From NCBI GenBank assembly GCA_951406725.2, contig OX597840.1, forward strand, positions 14,942,001 through 15,006,000: DNA of 64,000 nt. Reading direction: 5' to 3'. Each line of letters starts with the position of its first letter. The stretch's first letter is position 1. This document shows positions 1 through 13,414 of the stretch, piece after piece. Under the pieces are notes generated by a model. It had not been told where the DNA came from and searched no databases. It was given only the letters and a program-made list of their open reading frames with translations. Position numbers and translations under genes: made by a program. The DNA is from Octopus vulgaris (lineage: Eukaryota).

Positions 1-169
1 CAACTGATGCCTGTCGGCATTACCATCCCTGACAAGTTGCAATTGCCAGATACCAAATGTACAATTTCTGTTCATCATCATCATTATCATCAACAACATT
101 GACACCACCACCACCACCATCATCACCATCACCATCATCATCATCATCATTATCACCATCAACATCATC

Positions 170-370
170 ATTTAACATCCATTTTCCATGCTAGCATGGG
201 TTGCATAGTTTGATAAGATTCAGTAAGCTGTAGGACTGTGTCAAGCTCCAATGTCTGCTTTGCCATGTTTTTTTATGGCTGGATACCCTTCCTAATGCCA
301 ACCACTTTACAGAGTGTGCTGGTTGCTTTTTGTCATTGTTGCTGGCACTAGTGAAATTGGCAAGTAACTT
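170..370 (-). mobile_element. RTE LINE 3' tail fragment ending in (GAT)n
   Basis: Reverse complement of the terminal sequence of the RTE LINE at 61620-61790 (ccaacccatgctagcatgga...ttaaa-(gat)n). Confidence 0.8.
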
Positions 371-519
371 GCAACATAGAAAAACCACAACTAAGTAGGG
401 CTGGATGAGCATTTGGCAGTTGGAGATGGCTTTATGCCAGATGTGGAGAGGCTTAAATATTATAGACAAACAAGCACAGTTGTTTTTGTGATAGAGGAGA
501 TACATAGCTTGACTGGCCC

Positions 520-714
520 TCATTGCTGGTGGCACGTAAAAAGCACCCACTACACTCTCTGAGTGTTTGGTGTTAGGAAGGGCATCCAACTGTAGAAACT
601 CTGCCAGATCAAGATTGGAGCCTGGTGCAGCCATCTGGTTCGCCAGCCCTCAGTCAAATCGTCCAACCCATGCTTGCATAGAAAGCGGACATTAAACGAT
701 GATGATGATGATAG
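520..714 (+). mobile_element. RTE LINE 3' tail fragment
   Basis: tggcacgtaaaaagcaccc...ttaggaagggcatcc...gtccaacccatgc...ttaaacgatgatgatg matches the LINE 3' end at 61600-61790. Confidence 0.85.
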
Positions 715-1462
715 CTACCCTGCAGCACATATGGGTGAGTGAGAGTAGCTGGAAAGGAGTTAAAGATGGTTGTGATGAGGGTGCTAGAGCAAACCCCCAG
801 GGTACAACAAGATGGGCATAAGAGAGGATACAGGGAGTGGATCGGGGGTTAGAGTGGGGTTGTTTCCATAAGAGTGTGTGAGGGAACAGTAACTGATGGT
901 TAGAGATTGGGGTAGGAGTTAAGGCAGTGAGTAATAAACAAGGGTGGAGGTATGATGGATGAAAAACATCAGTATGGAAAGATGTAAGGTGAGAGATGTA
1001 GGTGGAGCTTGACACAGTTCTTCATGTACAGTTCTCCATACATCTGATGAAGTGGGTTTGCTCTGTCACCCCCAAAAATTAAGTAATGTTAAATTGAGCC
1101 AGCCTGTTATTGAATACTTACAACTCCAAGTTAAATGTATTGAGTGCTACCCCTGTATGGGTATGTATGTGTCAATTGATCACGTGATTGACCAGGCTAT
1201 CAGATATTGTTACACATCACTGGTCACAGTGCACTTTTGCATTGTTGCCACCTTCAAATGATACTAGCCACTGGCCAACATCCCCCCGCCCCCACTGACC
1301 AAAAATGGGCTGGAGTAATGTGAAAGGAAGTGTTTTCTTCAAGAACATAATATGCTGCCCACTCAGGGGATCAAACCCATGATACAGGAATTGTAAGCAC
1401 AACAGCCTTGCCTAGTTGGCCACACACATATATATGTGTGTGTGTGCGTATATATAAATATA

Positions 1463-1508
<46 letters not shown>

Positions 1509-1666
1509 TGCACACACATGCCAACACACTTTGAAAGTGAGTGTTTGGAAAATGCTAGATGACGTAAATTTCTTCTTACTCTCCTCTTCACCTTAGAATC
1601 CCTAACAGACTCAGGTTTGAATATATGTTCAATAAATATTCTTAGAGGTATTGAGCACATATTAAA

Positions 1667-1885
1667 TGTTCTTTTCTACTCTAGGCACAAGGCCCTAAAT
1701 GTTTGGTGAGGGGGCCCAGTCAAGTAGATCGACCCCAGCATGCAACTGGTACTTAATTTATTGACCCTGTAAGTATGAAAGACAAAGTTGACCTTGGTGG
1801 GATTTGAATTCAGAATGTAAAGACAGATGAAATACTGCTAAACATTTTGCCTGGCGTGCTAACGTTTCTGCCAGCTCGCCGCCTT
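1667..1885 (-). mobile_element. SINE family B copy
   Basis: Reverse complement of ggcgagctggcagaaacgttagcac...gagttcaaattcc...ctttcatcctttcggggtcgataaattaagtaccag. B-box-like gagttcaaattcc; more than 10 copies in the window. Confidence 0.8.
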
Positions 1886-2083
1886 CGTGTACTTATTTAT
1901 TGCAGCAGTGAACAGATGTGTGTGTGTATGTATGTATATATGAATAAAAGTTGTAATGTAGTATTCTTACATACATAAATACCTACACATACACACTCAT
2001 ATATATGCATATATATATATATATATATATACATACATCCACACATATACACTTATATATAAACACATATATATACATACACG

Positions 2084-2123
<40 letters not shown>

Positions 2124-2991
2124 CACACTTACACACCATTTATTTATATATTTTGAGGAACGACTATTTTGGAAGCAACCAGAATATTTTTGACTCATGT
2201 TACGTAATATATTTCTGAAAAAAAATTAATTAATTACTAACATTCGTTTCTCTTTGTTGTTGTTGCTATTTTTTTGTTGTTGTTATTGTGTTTGCAGTTG
2301 CAGTACCATCAACATCACCATGTCATCACCATGCTGTCCTCGTCATCATCGTCATCATCATTATTTTCATTTCAGTTCTGTTATATTCCATGGGTGGAAT
2401 GGTTTACATGTCTTTTTTCTTTTATTCATTATTATTACCATTTATTTATTTATTTTTGATAATGCTCCACCTCTAGCCTACTCACCCCCCACTCACTTTC
2501 TTCAATTTATTTCCGCAAATTTGAATGTAAAATTTTTTTAAATTGGAAATAATTACACAACATTGAATAATATTTGAATGTCGTTATGATCTAAATGAGA
2601 AGGCCAGCATTAAATTGGTTCTCTCTCTCCTAGCACTGCCTACGCCCACCCGACTACCGGATGTGGGGGAGATGTCAGAATATTATTTTAACTTGTAATA
2701 TTGTGAAGGGGTTTTGTAAAGGAATTTTTTTCTTTTGAATTAAATAATTTAGTGACCAGACAGGTAAAAAACTGCCTGTCCCCACCACTTTCCAAAGAAC
2801 AGTGCTAGTGTTGTCTTTTGCTAACAGATAGTTCCATGCCAAATGTTATAACCATTTCATGTGGTCCCATGTGCCAGCAATAGTCCAATATCAAACAAAT
2901 ATGAGTAGAATGGTCCACCATTCTCCATGCATCTCAGACATGCATAGCTGATGGCACCTCTGTGACTACAGAGGTTTTCTGAAACCAGTAA

Positions 2992-3215
2992 AGGCAGCAA
3001 GCTGGCAGAAACGTTAGCACACCGGATGAAATGCTTAGCGGTATTTCATCTGTCTTTACGTTCTGAGTTCAAATTCCGCCGAGGTTGACTTTGCCTTTCA
3101 TCCTTTCGGGGTCGATAAATTAAGTACCAGTTACGTGCTGGGGTCGATATAATCATCTTAATCCCTTTGTCTGTCCTTGTTTGTCCCCTCTATGTTTAGC
3201 CCCTTGTGGATAGTA
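2992..3215 (+). mobile_element. SINE family B copy
   Basis: Near full-length match to the copies at 13572-13800, 22873-23085 and 53970-54175. Confidence 0.85.
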
Positions 3216-3390
3216 ATGTCCTCTGGTCTCTCTTCCTGTTCAGGGATTCCTGGAAATTATCCATTGACCTCAAGTCAAAAGTCTCCTGAAAGTGATTACT
3301 TAGCTGGTCTTCTTTGACACCCAGGGACTCCCTCAACGATTGTTATAGCTCATACCCACCTGATCTTGTGTCATAAACAAATTTCTCTAA

Positions 3391-3607
3391 ACTACTTTGA
3401 TACCAAGCTGCCCAAGACCATCCCTGGTTCTAATATACAGACTTCTGGTTTTCAGATCGTTTAAATTAAAATCTTGTCAAAATTATTCATAACTTTAGGT
3501 GCCAAACACCAGCTTAATAAGGACAAAGTTGTTTTACTAAATTCTTCACTATTTTCAAAATTAATTGTAACAAAGACTGTATTTCAACAGAAATATGGTG
3601 ACAAGGG
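3391..3607 (-). mobile_element. piggyBac-type MITE, degenerate copy
   Basis: Inverted, diverged homolog of 34693-34915; ends in aggg|ttaa. Confidence 0.6.
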
Positions 3608-4235
3608 TTAATCCTCTAGGAACAGTTCATATTTTGTTATCTGTTGATAGATAGGGGCTGTTGTCTTCACCAACAGTCCGTCCCTTCGTTATTTCTAGAG
3701 GAATCTTCTTTATTTACCCCCACCTTCAATAATTTTCCTCTGTTTATATCAATTTTTCATTCTTCTTGACTTCTGTGAAGTTGAGGAACCCTTTGGCAGG
3801 GGACTCTAACTTCCTGTTCTTTAACTAGGATCTTTTAATTTTGGGCCTCTTCTCCAACTCCCAACTGGAATCAGCTTGTTATTAAGCTTCATTTGCTCCC
3901 CTTCATCACAAGGCACCCTTCAATTTCTGGCCTTCTGTTCCCTTAATATAACTGACTGCTCCCTCTTTGCAATTTCTGGCACAGGAAACTCTTATATTGA
4001 TTAAAAATTTTGGCTCCACACCAGCAGTTTTGAGGGGAGGGTGTAAGTCAATAGCATCAACCCCAGTGCATTACTGGTATTTATTTTATCAACCCTGAAA
4101 GGATGAAAGGAAGAGTTGACAACATCAGAACTGGAACTGCTTTGAGATTTGACTATGTGGGTGAAATACCACAAGGCATTATGTACAGCATGCTAACAAT
4201 TCTGCCAACTCGTTGCCTGAAGAAACTCTTTTATT

Positions 4236-4970
4236 CTTTTCTACTCTAGGCACAAGGCCTGAAATTTTGAGGGAAGTGGAGGGCCAGTCGATTAGATCGA
4301 GCCCAGTACACAACTGGTACTTAATTTATCGAGCCTGAAAAGATGAAAGGCAAAGTTTACCTCAGTGGAATTTAAACTCAGAACATGAAGACAGATGAAA
4401 TACTGCTAAGCATTTTGCCCGGTGTGCTAACGTTTCTGCTAGCTCGCCACCTTTCAAGCACAACATATTCTTTTCTGCTCTAGGCACAAGACCCAAAATT
4501 TTGGAGAAGGAACCTGTTGATTAGATCAGTCTCAGTATGTAACTGGTACTTAATTTATTGCCCCCCTCCAAAGGACAAAAGGCATCCACCGCAGTACTTG
4601 AGTAGTACTTTATTTATTGACTCCAAAAGGATGAAAGTCGACCTCAGTGGAATTTGAACTTAGAACATAAAGACAGACAAAATGTCACTAAGGATTTCGC
4701 CCTGCATGCTAACTTTTCTGCAAGCTCACCACCTTTCAAGCACAATGTATTCTTTCCTGCTCTAGGTACAAGGACTGAAATTTTAGGAGAGGGAGCCTGT
4801 CGATTAGATTGACCCCAGTATGCAACTGGTTCTTAATTTATCGACCCTGCCAAAATGATGAAAGGCAAAGTCGACCTTAGTGGAATTTGACCTCAGAATG
4901 TAAAGACAGACAAAATGCCACTAAGCATTTCACCCAATGTGCTAACGTTTCTGCCAGCTTGCCGCCTTTT
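4236..4970 (-). mobile_element. Tandem trimer of SINE family B with 16-bp target-site duplication
   Basis: Three head-to-tail units joined by ctttcaagcacaa..tatt. Flanked by identical aagaaactcttttatt at 4220-4235 and 4971-4986. An older copy lies at about 4005-4219. Confidence 0.8.
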
Positions 4971-5479
4971 AAGAAACTCTTTTATTAACAATAAAATTAA
5001 GTAATTTTGAGGTTGACTTTGGCAGCATTTGAACTCAGATCGTGAAATTACACAATGCGTAAAATGCACAGCATTAAGTTAAAGCACTGCACCATTTCTG
5101 CTGTTCTGCCAGCTCAGTGTGTATTGGCAATATCAAATTGTCTGACTAATTTGTTGAAATATCTTCAACAAATTTTCCACAGATGATGTCAAGAAAATTA
5201 AGTTATTTCAATTCTTTTGTCAAGTTTTAATCAGTTTAACAATTTATTTATTGTACAACCATCTCACAGAATTCAATTAGAGATTTTAATACACGTGTAG
5301 GATGCACTCTATGTGCGTGTGTGTGTGCATGTGTATGTAAAATGCAGATGTGTAAGAGTGTGTCGTATTTGGATGAAAGTATACACACACATACAATCAC
5401 ACAAACACACTAAACGTGTGTCTGTGTGTTTTTAAAAATATGTGAAAACAGATGATACACACACAGTATAAGATAGAAA

Positions 5480-5754
5480 GGGAGAGATAGATAGATAGAT
5501 AGATAGATAAGATAATAGATAGATAGATTGATAGATAGATAGATAGATAATATAGATAGATAGATAGATTGATAGATAGACACATAGATTGATAGATAGA
5601 CACATAGATAGATAAGATAGACACATAGATAGATAAGATAGACAGATAGATAGATAGATAGATAGATAGATAAAGAGAGAAAGAGATTGATAGATAGATA
5701 GATAGATAAAGAGAGAAAGAGATTGATAGATAGATAGATAAAGAGAGAAAGAGA

Positions 5755-5789
<35 letters not shown>

Positions 5790-5860
5790 GCAGACAGACA
5801 GATAGATAAATAAGATAGGCAGATAGATAGACAGACAGACAGATAGATAGATAGACAGAT
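5480..5860. repeat. (GATA)n/(GACA)n microsatellite
   Basis: Direct reading; explains the ORFs at 5397-5981. Confidence 0.95.
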
Positions 5861-6092
5861 TTGTGCAAATATAGGTATGCTTTTGTAAATATACACATAT
5901 GATGTATATAGTTGTAGGTATATATATGTGTGTGTGAGTGTATTTATATATGGATTCCCCTGAGGAGAAACAAAACCTCATGGGTTAAATCTTGAAATCA
6001 TATGATAGGGTCTTATCAAATTACTTCATTCAGCAACTTTTATCTCATTGCTGATTTTGTGTGGCTATTCAAATTATACATTTTAGCTCTTA

Positions 6093-6476
6093 CTAGCAGT
6101 ATCGTCCGGCGTTGCTCGGGTTTGTAAGGGAAATAACTATAAAGCATTTTTAGAGAGTTATAGCCAAAAAATAGCAAAAAAATGGGGGAAAAAATGAAGG
6201 TGAATTTTTTTGAGAGTTAAAAAGGTCGAGTTGCGTCCCCTAGACAGTCTGTGCTTTGTGTTTCTGATTCTCGACCCCATGACGAATTTATCGATTTTTT
6301 TCAGAACTGGGGGAACTTTTCAAAATTTTCGCTGCATTAGTTTTGAATTATGACATTGGGCTATGTGTGTGTCAAGTTTCATCAGAATCGGTTGAAAGCC
6401 GTGGTCAGGGTGAGGGTACGAGAAAACAGACACACAGACACGCAGACAGACAAACTGCCGTTTATATAGAGAGAGA
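6093..6476 (-). mobile_element. Non-autonomous Helitron
   Basis: Minus strand starts 5'-TC(TCTCTATATAAAC) and ends with hairpin cccgagcaacgccgg then CTAG-3'. Inserted between A and T with no TSD. The empty site agctgtta|tttctagc is visible in the third repeat unit at about 7617-7632. Confidence 0.85.
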
Positions 6477-6868
6477 TTTCTAGCAAGTGGAAGTGCTACT
6501 TGAACCCTTATTTACGTATGTATTCTACCTTTTGGGATTTTAATTGCTTTAGCCACCTATATAATAAAGTATTTAATATATCATAATATTAATTTATTGT
6601 TATATAATATCTTATTGTATGTTTATATACAGTTAAACTGCTTTGAATTTGGCACTGATAGTTCAATGGTTATTTTCCTCATGAGCTAATGAGAAGCAAG
6701 CTATCTCTTTAACCTGGAATAATTTGTGGAGGCTCCTGACAAGAAACGAAACCTTATTGTTTAAATTTCGAAATCATATGATGGAGCCTTATCAAATTAC
6801 TTCATTCAGCGAGTTTTATCTCATTGCTGATTTTGTGTGGCTATTCAAATTATACATTTTAGCTCTTA

Positions 6869-7174
6869 CTAGCAGTATCGTCCGGCGTTGCTCGGGTTTG
6901 TAAGGGAAATAACTATAAAGCATTTTTAGAGAGTTATAGCCAAAAAATAGCAAAAAAATGGGGGGAAAAATGAAGGTGAATTTTTTTGAGAGTTAAAAAG
7001 GTCGAGTTGCGTCCCCTAGACAGTCTGTGCTTTGTGTTTCTGATTCTCGACCCCATGACGAATTTATCGATTTTTTTCAGAACTGGGGGAACTTTTCAAA
7101 ATTTTCGCTGCATTAGTTTTGAATTATGACATTGGGCTATGTGTGTGTCAAGTTTCATCAGAATCGGTGAGAGA
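6869..7174 (-). mobile_element. Non-autonomous Helitron, duplicated copy with about 78-bp deletion
   Basis: Near-identical to 6093-6476 at the same host position, but lacks the segment between gaatcggt and gagaga. Confidence 0.85.
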
Positions 7175-7854
7175 TTTCTAGCAAGTGGAAGTGCTATTTG
7201 AACCCTTATTTATGTATGTATTCTACCTTTTGGGATTTTAATTGCTTTAGCCACCTATATAATAAAGTATTTAATATATCATAATATTAATTTATTGTTA
7301 TATAATATCTTATTGTATGTTTATATATACAGTTAAACTGCTTTGAATTTGGCACTGATAGTTCAATGGTTATTTTCCTCATGAGCTAATGAGAAGCAAG
7401 CTATCTCTTTAACCTGGAATAATTTGTGGAGGCTCCTGACAAGAAACGAAACCTTATTGTTTAAATTTCGAAATCATATGATGGAGCCTTATCAAATTAC
7501 TTCATTCAGCGAGTTTTATCTTGCTGGAGTAAGATGCTGTGGCTTGCCACTTGCAGTCCCTTTAAACATCTCACGGGGTTAGTAATTTTATGTGGCTATT
7601 CTTAGTTATATTTTTTAGCTGTTATTTCTAGCAATTGTAGGTACTATATTGTACCCTAATTCATGTATTCTACCTTTTGGGTTTTTAATTGCTTTAGCGA
7701 CCTATAACATATTTGATACATCGTAATATTGATTTATCATTATATCTTATTGTACATATATATATATTATATACACACACACACTCATATATATATGGAT
7801 GTAATGGTGTATATATTTATGCAAATTTGTGTTTTTATTAATATTTAATTAATA

Positions 7855-8020
7855 GGCTTAGGAGTGGCTGTGTGGTAAGTAGCTTGCTTACCAACCACAT
7901 GGTTCCAGGTTCAGTCCCACTGCATGGCACCTTAGGCAAGTGTCTTCTACTATAGCCTTGGGCTGACCAAAGCCTTGTGAGTGGATTTGGTAAACGGAAA
8001 CTGAAAGAAGCCCGTCATAT
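7855..8020 (+). mobile_element. tRNA-derived SINE family A, 5' half (3' half at 11705-11917)
   Basis: A-box-like tggctgtgtggt and B-box-like ggttcagtccc. Matches the intact copy at 14792-15195 up to its internal (TA)n. Confidence 0.85.
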
Positions 8021-8249
8021 ATTGTCATATATTGAAGATTGTCGGAGCAGACATGAAACATTTGTAGTGGCGGTTTATTTAATTTATATTAAAATTTTAT
8101 GTATTGATTAAGTCTTTCCTTGTTTGGTTTTAAAATAGTGGTTTTGTCTCGAATTATATTATATAATATTTTACTATAAAATTGGATTTAACCCTAAATC
8201 TGATTTTTCCCTGTAATTTTGGATTCATTCCCTAATATTTATTATTATT

Positions 8250-9166
<917 letters not shown>

Positions 9167-9231
9167 CTGGCTGAAGGTGACCCGCTCTACGCGCGGGTAA
9201 GAGTGTGGTTGTTACTTTCTGTTGCTTCCTT

Positions 9232-9545
9232 TCAGCACGTAAAAAGCACCATCCGAACGTGGCGGATTGCAGCGCTGCTTTGACTGGCTTCTGTGCTGGT
9301 GGCACGTAAAAAGCACCAACCGATCGTGACCGCTGCCAGCCCCCCTGGCACCTGTGCCGGCAGCACGAAAAAAGCACCCACTATGCTCACAGAGTGGTTG
9401 GCGTTAAGAAGGACATCCACCTGTCGAAACACTGCCAGATCAGACTGGAGCCTGGTGCAGCCGCCTGGCTTCCCAGACCCCTGTCAAACTGTCCAACCCG
9501 TGCTAGCACGGAAAACGGATGTTAAACGATGATGATGATGATGAT
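9232..9545 (+). mobile_element. RTE 3' UTR/tail nested in the Helitron
   Basis: Three gcacg(t/a)aaaaagcacc modules, then the standard tail and (gat)n. Confidence 0.85.
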
Positions 9546-10230
9546 TCTCCCTCTTTGTTTCTCTCTCCTTTCTCTCTCACTTTCCCACTCTCTTACTCTT
9601 CCTTTCTCTCGGACCCTCCCTCGCTTTCTCTTACTCTCTATCTTTATCTATCTCTCTCCCATTTATAAACAACAAAAGATCTTGAGTAAGTTGAGAAATA
9701 AAATATTTAGAAAGATCAACCATAAATATCAGGCAGTAACAACGGAAAGGTCTGCTTCAAGGCAGACAGCAAAACACTAACATTTAAAAGGGACAGACGA
9801 ACTTGCGAGCTGAATAAAAAAAAAAAAATATTGGAAACCAAAGTTTGAAGGGATAGAATTTGAGGATAGAAGAGTCACTATGGCTGGCATTTCTTAAAGA
9901 CGGACAGCAACGTATTGACAGTTCAACGGCTGGCGTAAAATTTTGAACCTGATGTAAAAGAAAATCCCTAAAAACCAAGTTTTGAATTGATTATTTCTCA
10001 CGACAGTAGACTCATGATGGCAAGCATTCAAAACTTCATCATGGACGGCAACACATTGACGATTAAAAGGCTGGCGCAAATTTCTTAGCTTGATGTAACA
10101 GAGAATTGCTAAACACCCGCTCCTTTAAATTTTAATCCCCTTCTAGCCCCATTTAGACCCCTTTTCACATTTTGGTTAATATAACCCGATTTCATTTGGG
10201 TCTACTGGGGCCACATTTTATAAGATGAGG

Positions 10231-10386
10231 ACTCAACCAAGTTTCCCAAGTTCTGGTCATAGACCATAGAACACTCAACCAAGTTTCCCAAGTTCTGGTC
10301 ATAGACCATAGAACAGTCAAGCAAGTTTCCCGAGTTCTGGTCATAGACCATAGAACACTCAACCAAGTTTCCCGAGTTCTGGTCAT
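10231..10386. repeat. 42-bp minisatellite, about 3.7 copies
   Basis: Unit actcaaccaagtttccc(a/g)agttctggtcatagaccatagaac. Confidence 0.9.
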
Positions 10387-11579
10387 TTGCAGAATAAATA
10401 GAGACGGCGGAGGTGGCAGACGTCGTTGCAATGTAAACATGATTTGTTTTAAGAGAAAGATTGTCCAGATTGTGTGTTGGTGGTGGTGGTGGCGATGATA
10501 ATTATCTTTAAGAATGGAGATAAAGAGAAATTGAATGGGAGTTAGAGGTAGAAAGAGGTGTAAATTTTGGAGTGAATCCGATGGGATGTAGTGGGCTTTA
10601 ACCCCAGCAAAAAAAATAATATCTGTTGCGTTTCTGAAAGAGGTGAAGTAGGAATATTGAAACTTTTGCGGCTGTCATTGATAGACTCGTTGTAGAATAA
10701 ATAGAGACGGCGAAAAAAGAGAGAGCTTGAGAAAGAAAAGGTGATATATGAAAGAGAGGACAGGAAAATGAAATATTTTGCAATGTAAACATGATTTGTT
10801 TTAAGAGAAAGATTGTCATGATTGTGTGTTGGTGGTGTTGGTGGTGGCGATGATAATTATCATTAGGAAAAAGAGTGAGTGAGTGAGGAAGACATACATA
10901 AGTTGTGGCGATGATAATTGTAGACCCCTTTTCACATTTTGATGAAGAGAACCCGATTTCATTCGGGTGTACTGGGACCACATATAGGTGTGTGTGTGTG
11001 TGTGTGTGTGTGCACGCTGTAGAAATTAAATTAGAGATAAAACCACTAATAGGGAAATGAAACAGTAAAAAACCAAAAACAAAAACATAAAAATAAAAAT
11101 ATAATATTAGATATATGTATATATATGTGTGTGTGTGTGTGTGTTTGTGTTGACAGGTAGACAATAGAATGCGATGGCGATGTAATATTTGTTTTTGACT
11201 ATGAACGCTGATAGATACATGAGTAAAATGTATGGGAAGCTAAGAGATAAGAGTGAGTGAAAATGTTCTTGGAAGAGAGGAAATAGCGAGAGAGTGATTT
11301 GAGGAAGACTTTACATTAAATAACCGTAGTGGCTTGTCATACGAAGAGGAGTGAGAGGGTACTGGAGGAAATAGGGTGAGTGAGGAAGATGGCCCCTAGC
11401 AACCACACCTTTTAAGATAGGGATTTCTAAGGTAGCCCACGAGCATCGTCACCTCATTCTACATGTCCCTGTAAATTTTGGAGCGAATCGGACGGGATGT
11501 AGTGGCATTGAAAGCGATCCAAGCGGTAAAAACGCATTTCAGTTTTATATATAGAGATATATATACATGTATATGTATG

Positions 11580-11702
<123 letters not shown>

Positions 11703-11704
11703 AT

Positions 11705-11917
11705 ATGTTTGTGTGTCTGTGTTTGTCCCCGCCAACATTGCTTGACAACCGATGCTGGTGTGTTTATGTCCCCATAACTTAGCGGTTCGGCAAAAGAGAC
11801 ATATAGAATAAGTACTAGACTTACAATGAATAAGTTCTGGGGTTGATTTGCTTGACTAAAGGCGGTGCTCCAGCATGGCCACAGTCAAATGACTGAAACA
11901 AGTAAAAGCATAAAAGT
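11705..11917 (+). mobile_element. SINE family A, 3' half
   Basis: cttgacaaccgatgctggtg...ctccagcatggccacagtcaaatgactgaaacaagtaaaag tail. Confidence 0.85.
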
Positions 11918-11970
11918 ACATTATATATATGTTTATGAATGTTTACTTATAAATATCAAGTGAAGTTATA

Positions 11971-12206
11971 CAGGGTGTTCAAAAAGTGTCTCCGCAGTGA
12001 ATTCTTATTCATCCTGCACATCACCATGACACTACTTCAAGAGGTTTTTTGGTGAATGGATTATTTCGAAGGGACTTTGGCCACCAAGATCACCTGATTT
12101 AACACCTCCAGACACTTTTTTTCTGGGCAGTAAGTAAAGGATCAGTGTACAAGAATTGCCTGAAAACCATTAAATACTTACTGTGGAGAGATTTTTGAAC
12201 ACCCTG
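11971..12206 (+). mobile_element. Internally deleted Tc1/mariner-superfamily element (MITE-sized)
   Basis: TIRs cagggtgttcaaaaagt..ctcc.cagt and actgtggagagatttttgaacaccctg; TA on the left, CA on the right. Internal tggccaccaagatcacctgatttaacacctccagac reads WPPRSPDLTPPD, a transposase motif. Confidence 0.85.
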
Positions 12207-12287
12207 CATAAAATCCAGCACCCACAATTAGTGCTGCTTCATTAAAGCTCTTATTTTTCTTCTTGGTGACAATATTTTCAGCAGTAC

Positions 12288-12750
12288 AGCTCTCTCTCTC
12301 TTTCTATCTCTCATTATCTCTCTTCTTTTTCTCTCTCTCATTCTCTCTCTGTTCCCTCTCCCCTCATTCACTCTCTTTCTCTCATTCTCTCCCTCTCTGT
12401 TGTTCTCTCTCCTCCTCATTCACTCTCATTCTCTTTCTCTCTCTCTCTTTTCTCTCTCCCTCTCTGTTGTTCTCCTCATTCACTCTTATTCTTTCTCTCT
12501 CTCTCCTCTCTCCCTGGCTTTCATTCTCTCCCTTTCTTGTTCTCTCTCTCCTCTCTCCCTGTCTTTCATTCTCTCCCTCTCTTGTTCTCTCTCCCCCTCA
12601 TTCACTCTCATTCTCTCTCTCTCTGTTCTCTCCCTCTCTGTTGTTCTCTCTCATCCTCATTCACTCTCATTCTCTCTTCCTCTCTCACTCTCTCTGTTCT
12701 CCCTACCTGTCTTTCATTCACTTCCTCTCTCTCTGTTGATCTCCCTCCCC
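12288..12750. repeat. CT-rich low-complexity tract
   Basis: Direct reading. Confidence 0.9.
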
Positions 12751-12754
12751 AGGA

Positions 12755-13398
12755 ACACTACTGGCTTCATCACTCTCAGCCAAAGACAAAGAGACAATCC
12801 ATGCAGTGGAAACACCCCCTCCTCACCTGCTCCAAAGAAGACCAAGGTCGTTTTATTTGCAAGGAAGGTGATGGCCTCAATTTTTGGAGATACAAAAGGC
12901 ATTGTGTTTATTTACTATCTTCAAAATGGTCATATGATCAATGGAGAGTACGATGCCAACTTGCTGAGGCAGTTATGTAAAGCTATCAAGACCAAACACC
13001 CAGGAAAATTGGTGAAAGGGGTTTTGTTTCATGAACAAAATGCTCCATCACACAAGCCCTTGGTTTCAATGCCAGCTATGCATAATTGTTGCTTTGAACT
13101 GATTGATCACCCTCTCTATTCTCCTGATTGATCACCTCTGACCATCATCTGTTCCTCAAAATAAAAAAACTCCTGGCTGGGAACCAGTGATGCAGTGATG
13201 ATGACACCATGTCTGCTGTTGATGACTCTCTTGAGTAAGAGGATGAAAGCTTCTTCCTCAATGGGATCCAAACACTGCAACTCCGATGGAAGAAGTGTGT
13301 GGACTGCAAAGGAGTCTATGTTGGAAAATGAACCACATTTGGTTAGATTCCATGAGAGTATCTTCATCAGCCTATGAACTTTTGAGCCGACCCTAGTA
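12755..13398 (+). pseudogene. mariner transposase pseudogene (catalytic half) with right TIR
   Basis: SSPAPKK..RKVMASIF.DTKGIVFI.YL..G..INGEY.ANLL..., GVLFH..NAP.H, ELIDHP.YSPD, and RWKKCVD in a shifted frame. Contains stops and frameshifts. Ends gaactttttgagccgaccctagta. Confidence 0.9.
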
Positions 13399-13414
13399 TC
13401 TATATATATGTCTA

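Larger units (their letters stand above)
5957..7750 (+). repeat. Tandem array (about 2.5 units) of a PLE-terminus-like repeat, each unit starting with a hammerhead-like motif
   Basis: Units begin at about 5957, 6731 and 7431 with CTGAnnA...GAAAtcatatgaT. Unit bodies 6477-6790 and 7175-7490 are near-identical. Confidence 0.7.
9167..11557 (-). mobile_element. Non-autonomous Helitron (about 2.4 kb) inserted in (TA)n
   Basis: Minus 5' end TCTCTATATATAAAACTG at 11557. 3' hairpin acccgcgcgtagagcgggt followed by CCAG (CTAG variant) at 9167. A|T insertion site. Internal duplications (10385-10590 resembles 10690-10870 and 11470-11500). Confidence 0.65.

Noticed and set aside
3640-3985. Possible further decayed retrotransposon coding fragment
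   Set aside because: Only a faint TKGRTV-like motif on the minus strand; too degraded to call.
10231-10386. CRISPR-like look of the 42-bp repeat
   Set aside because: Units are contiguous with no unique spacers, there are no cas genes and the context is eukaryotic.
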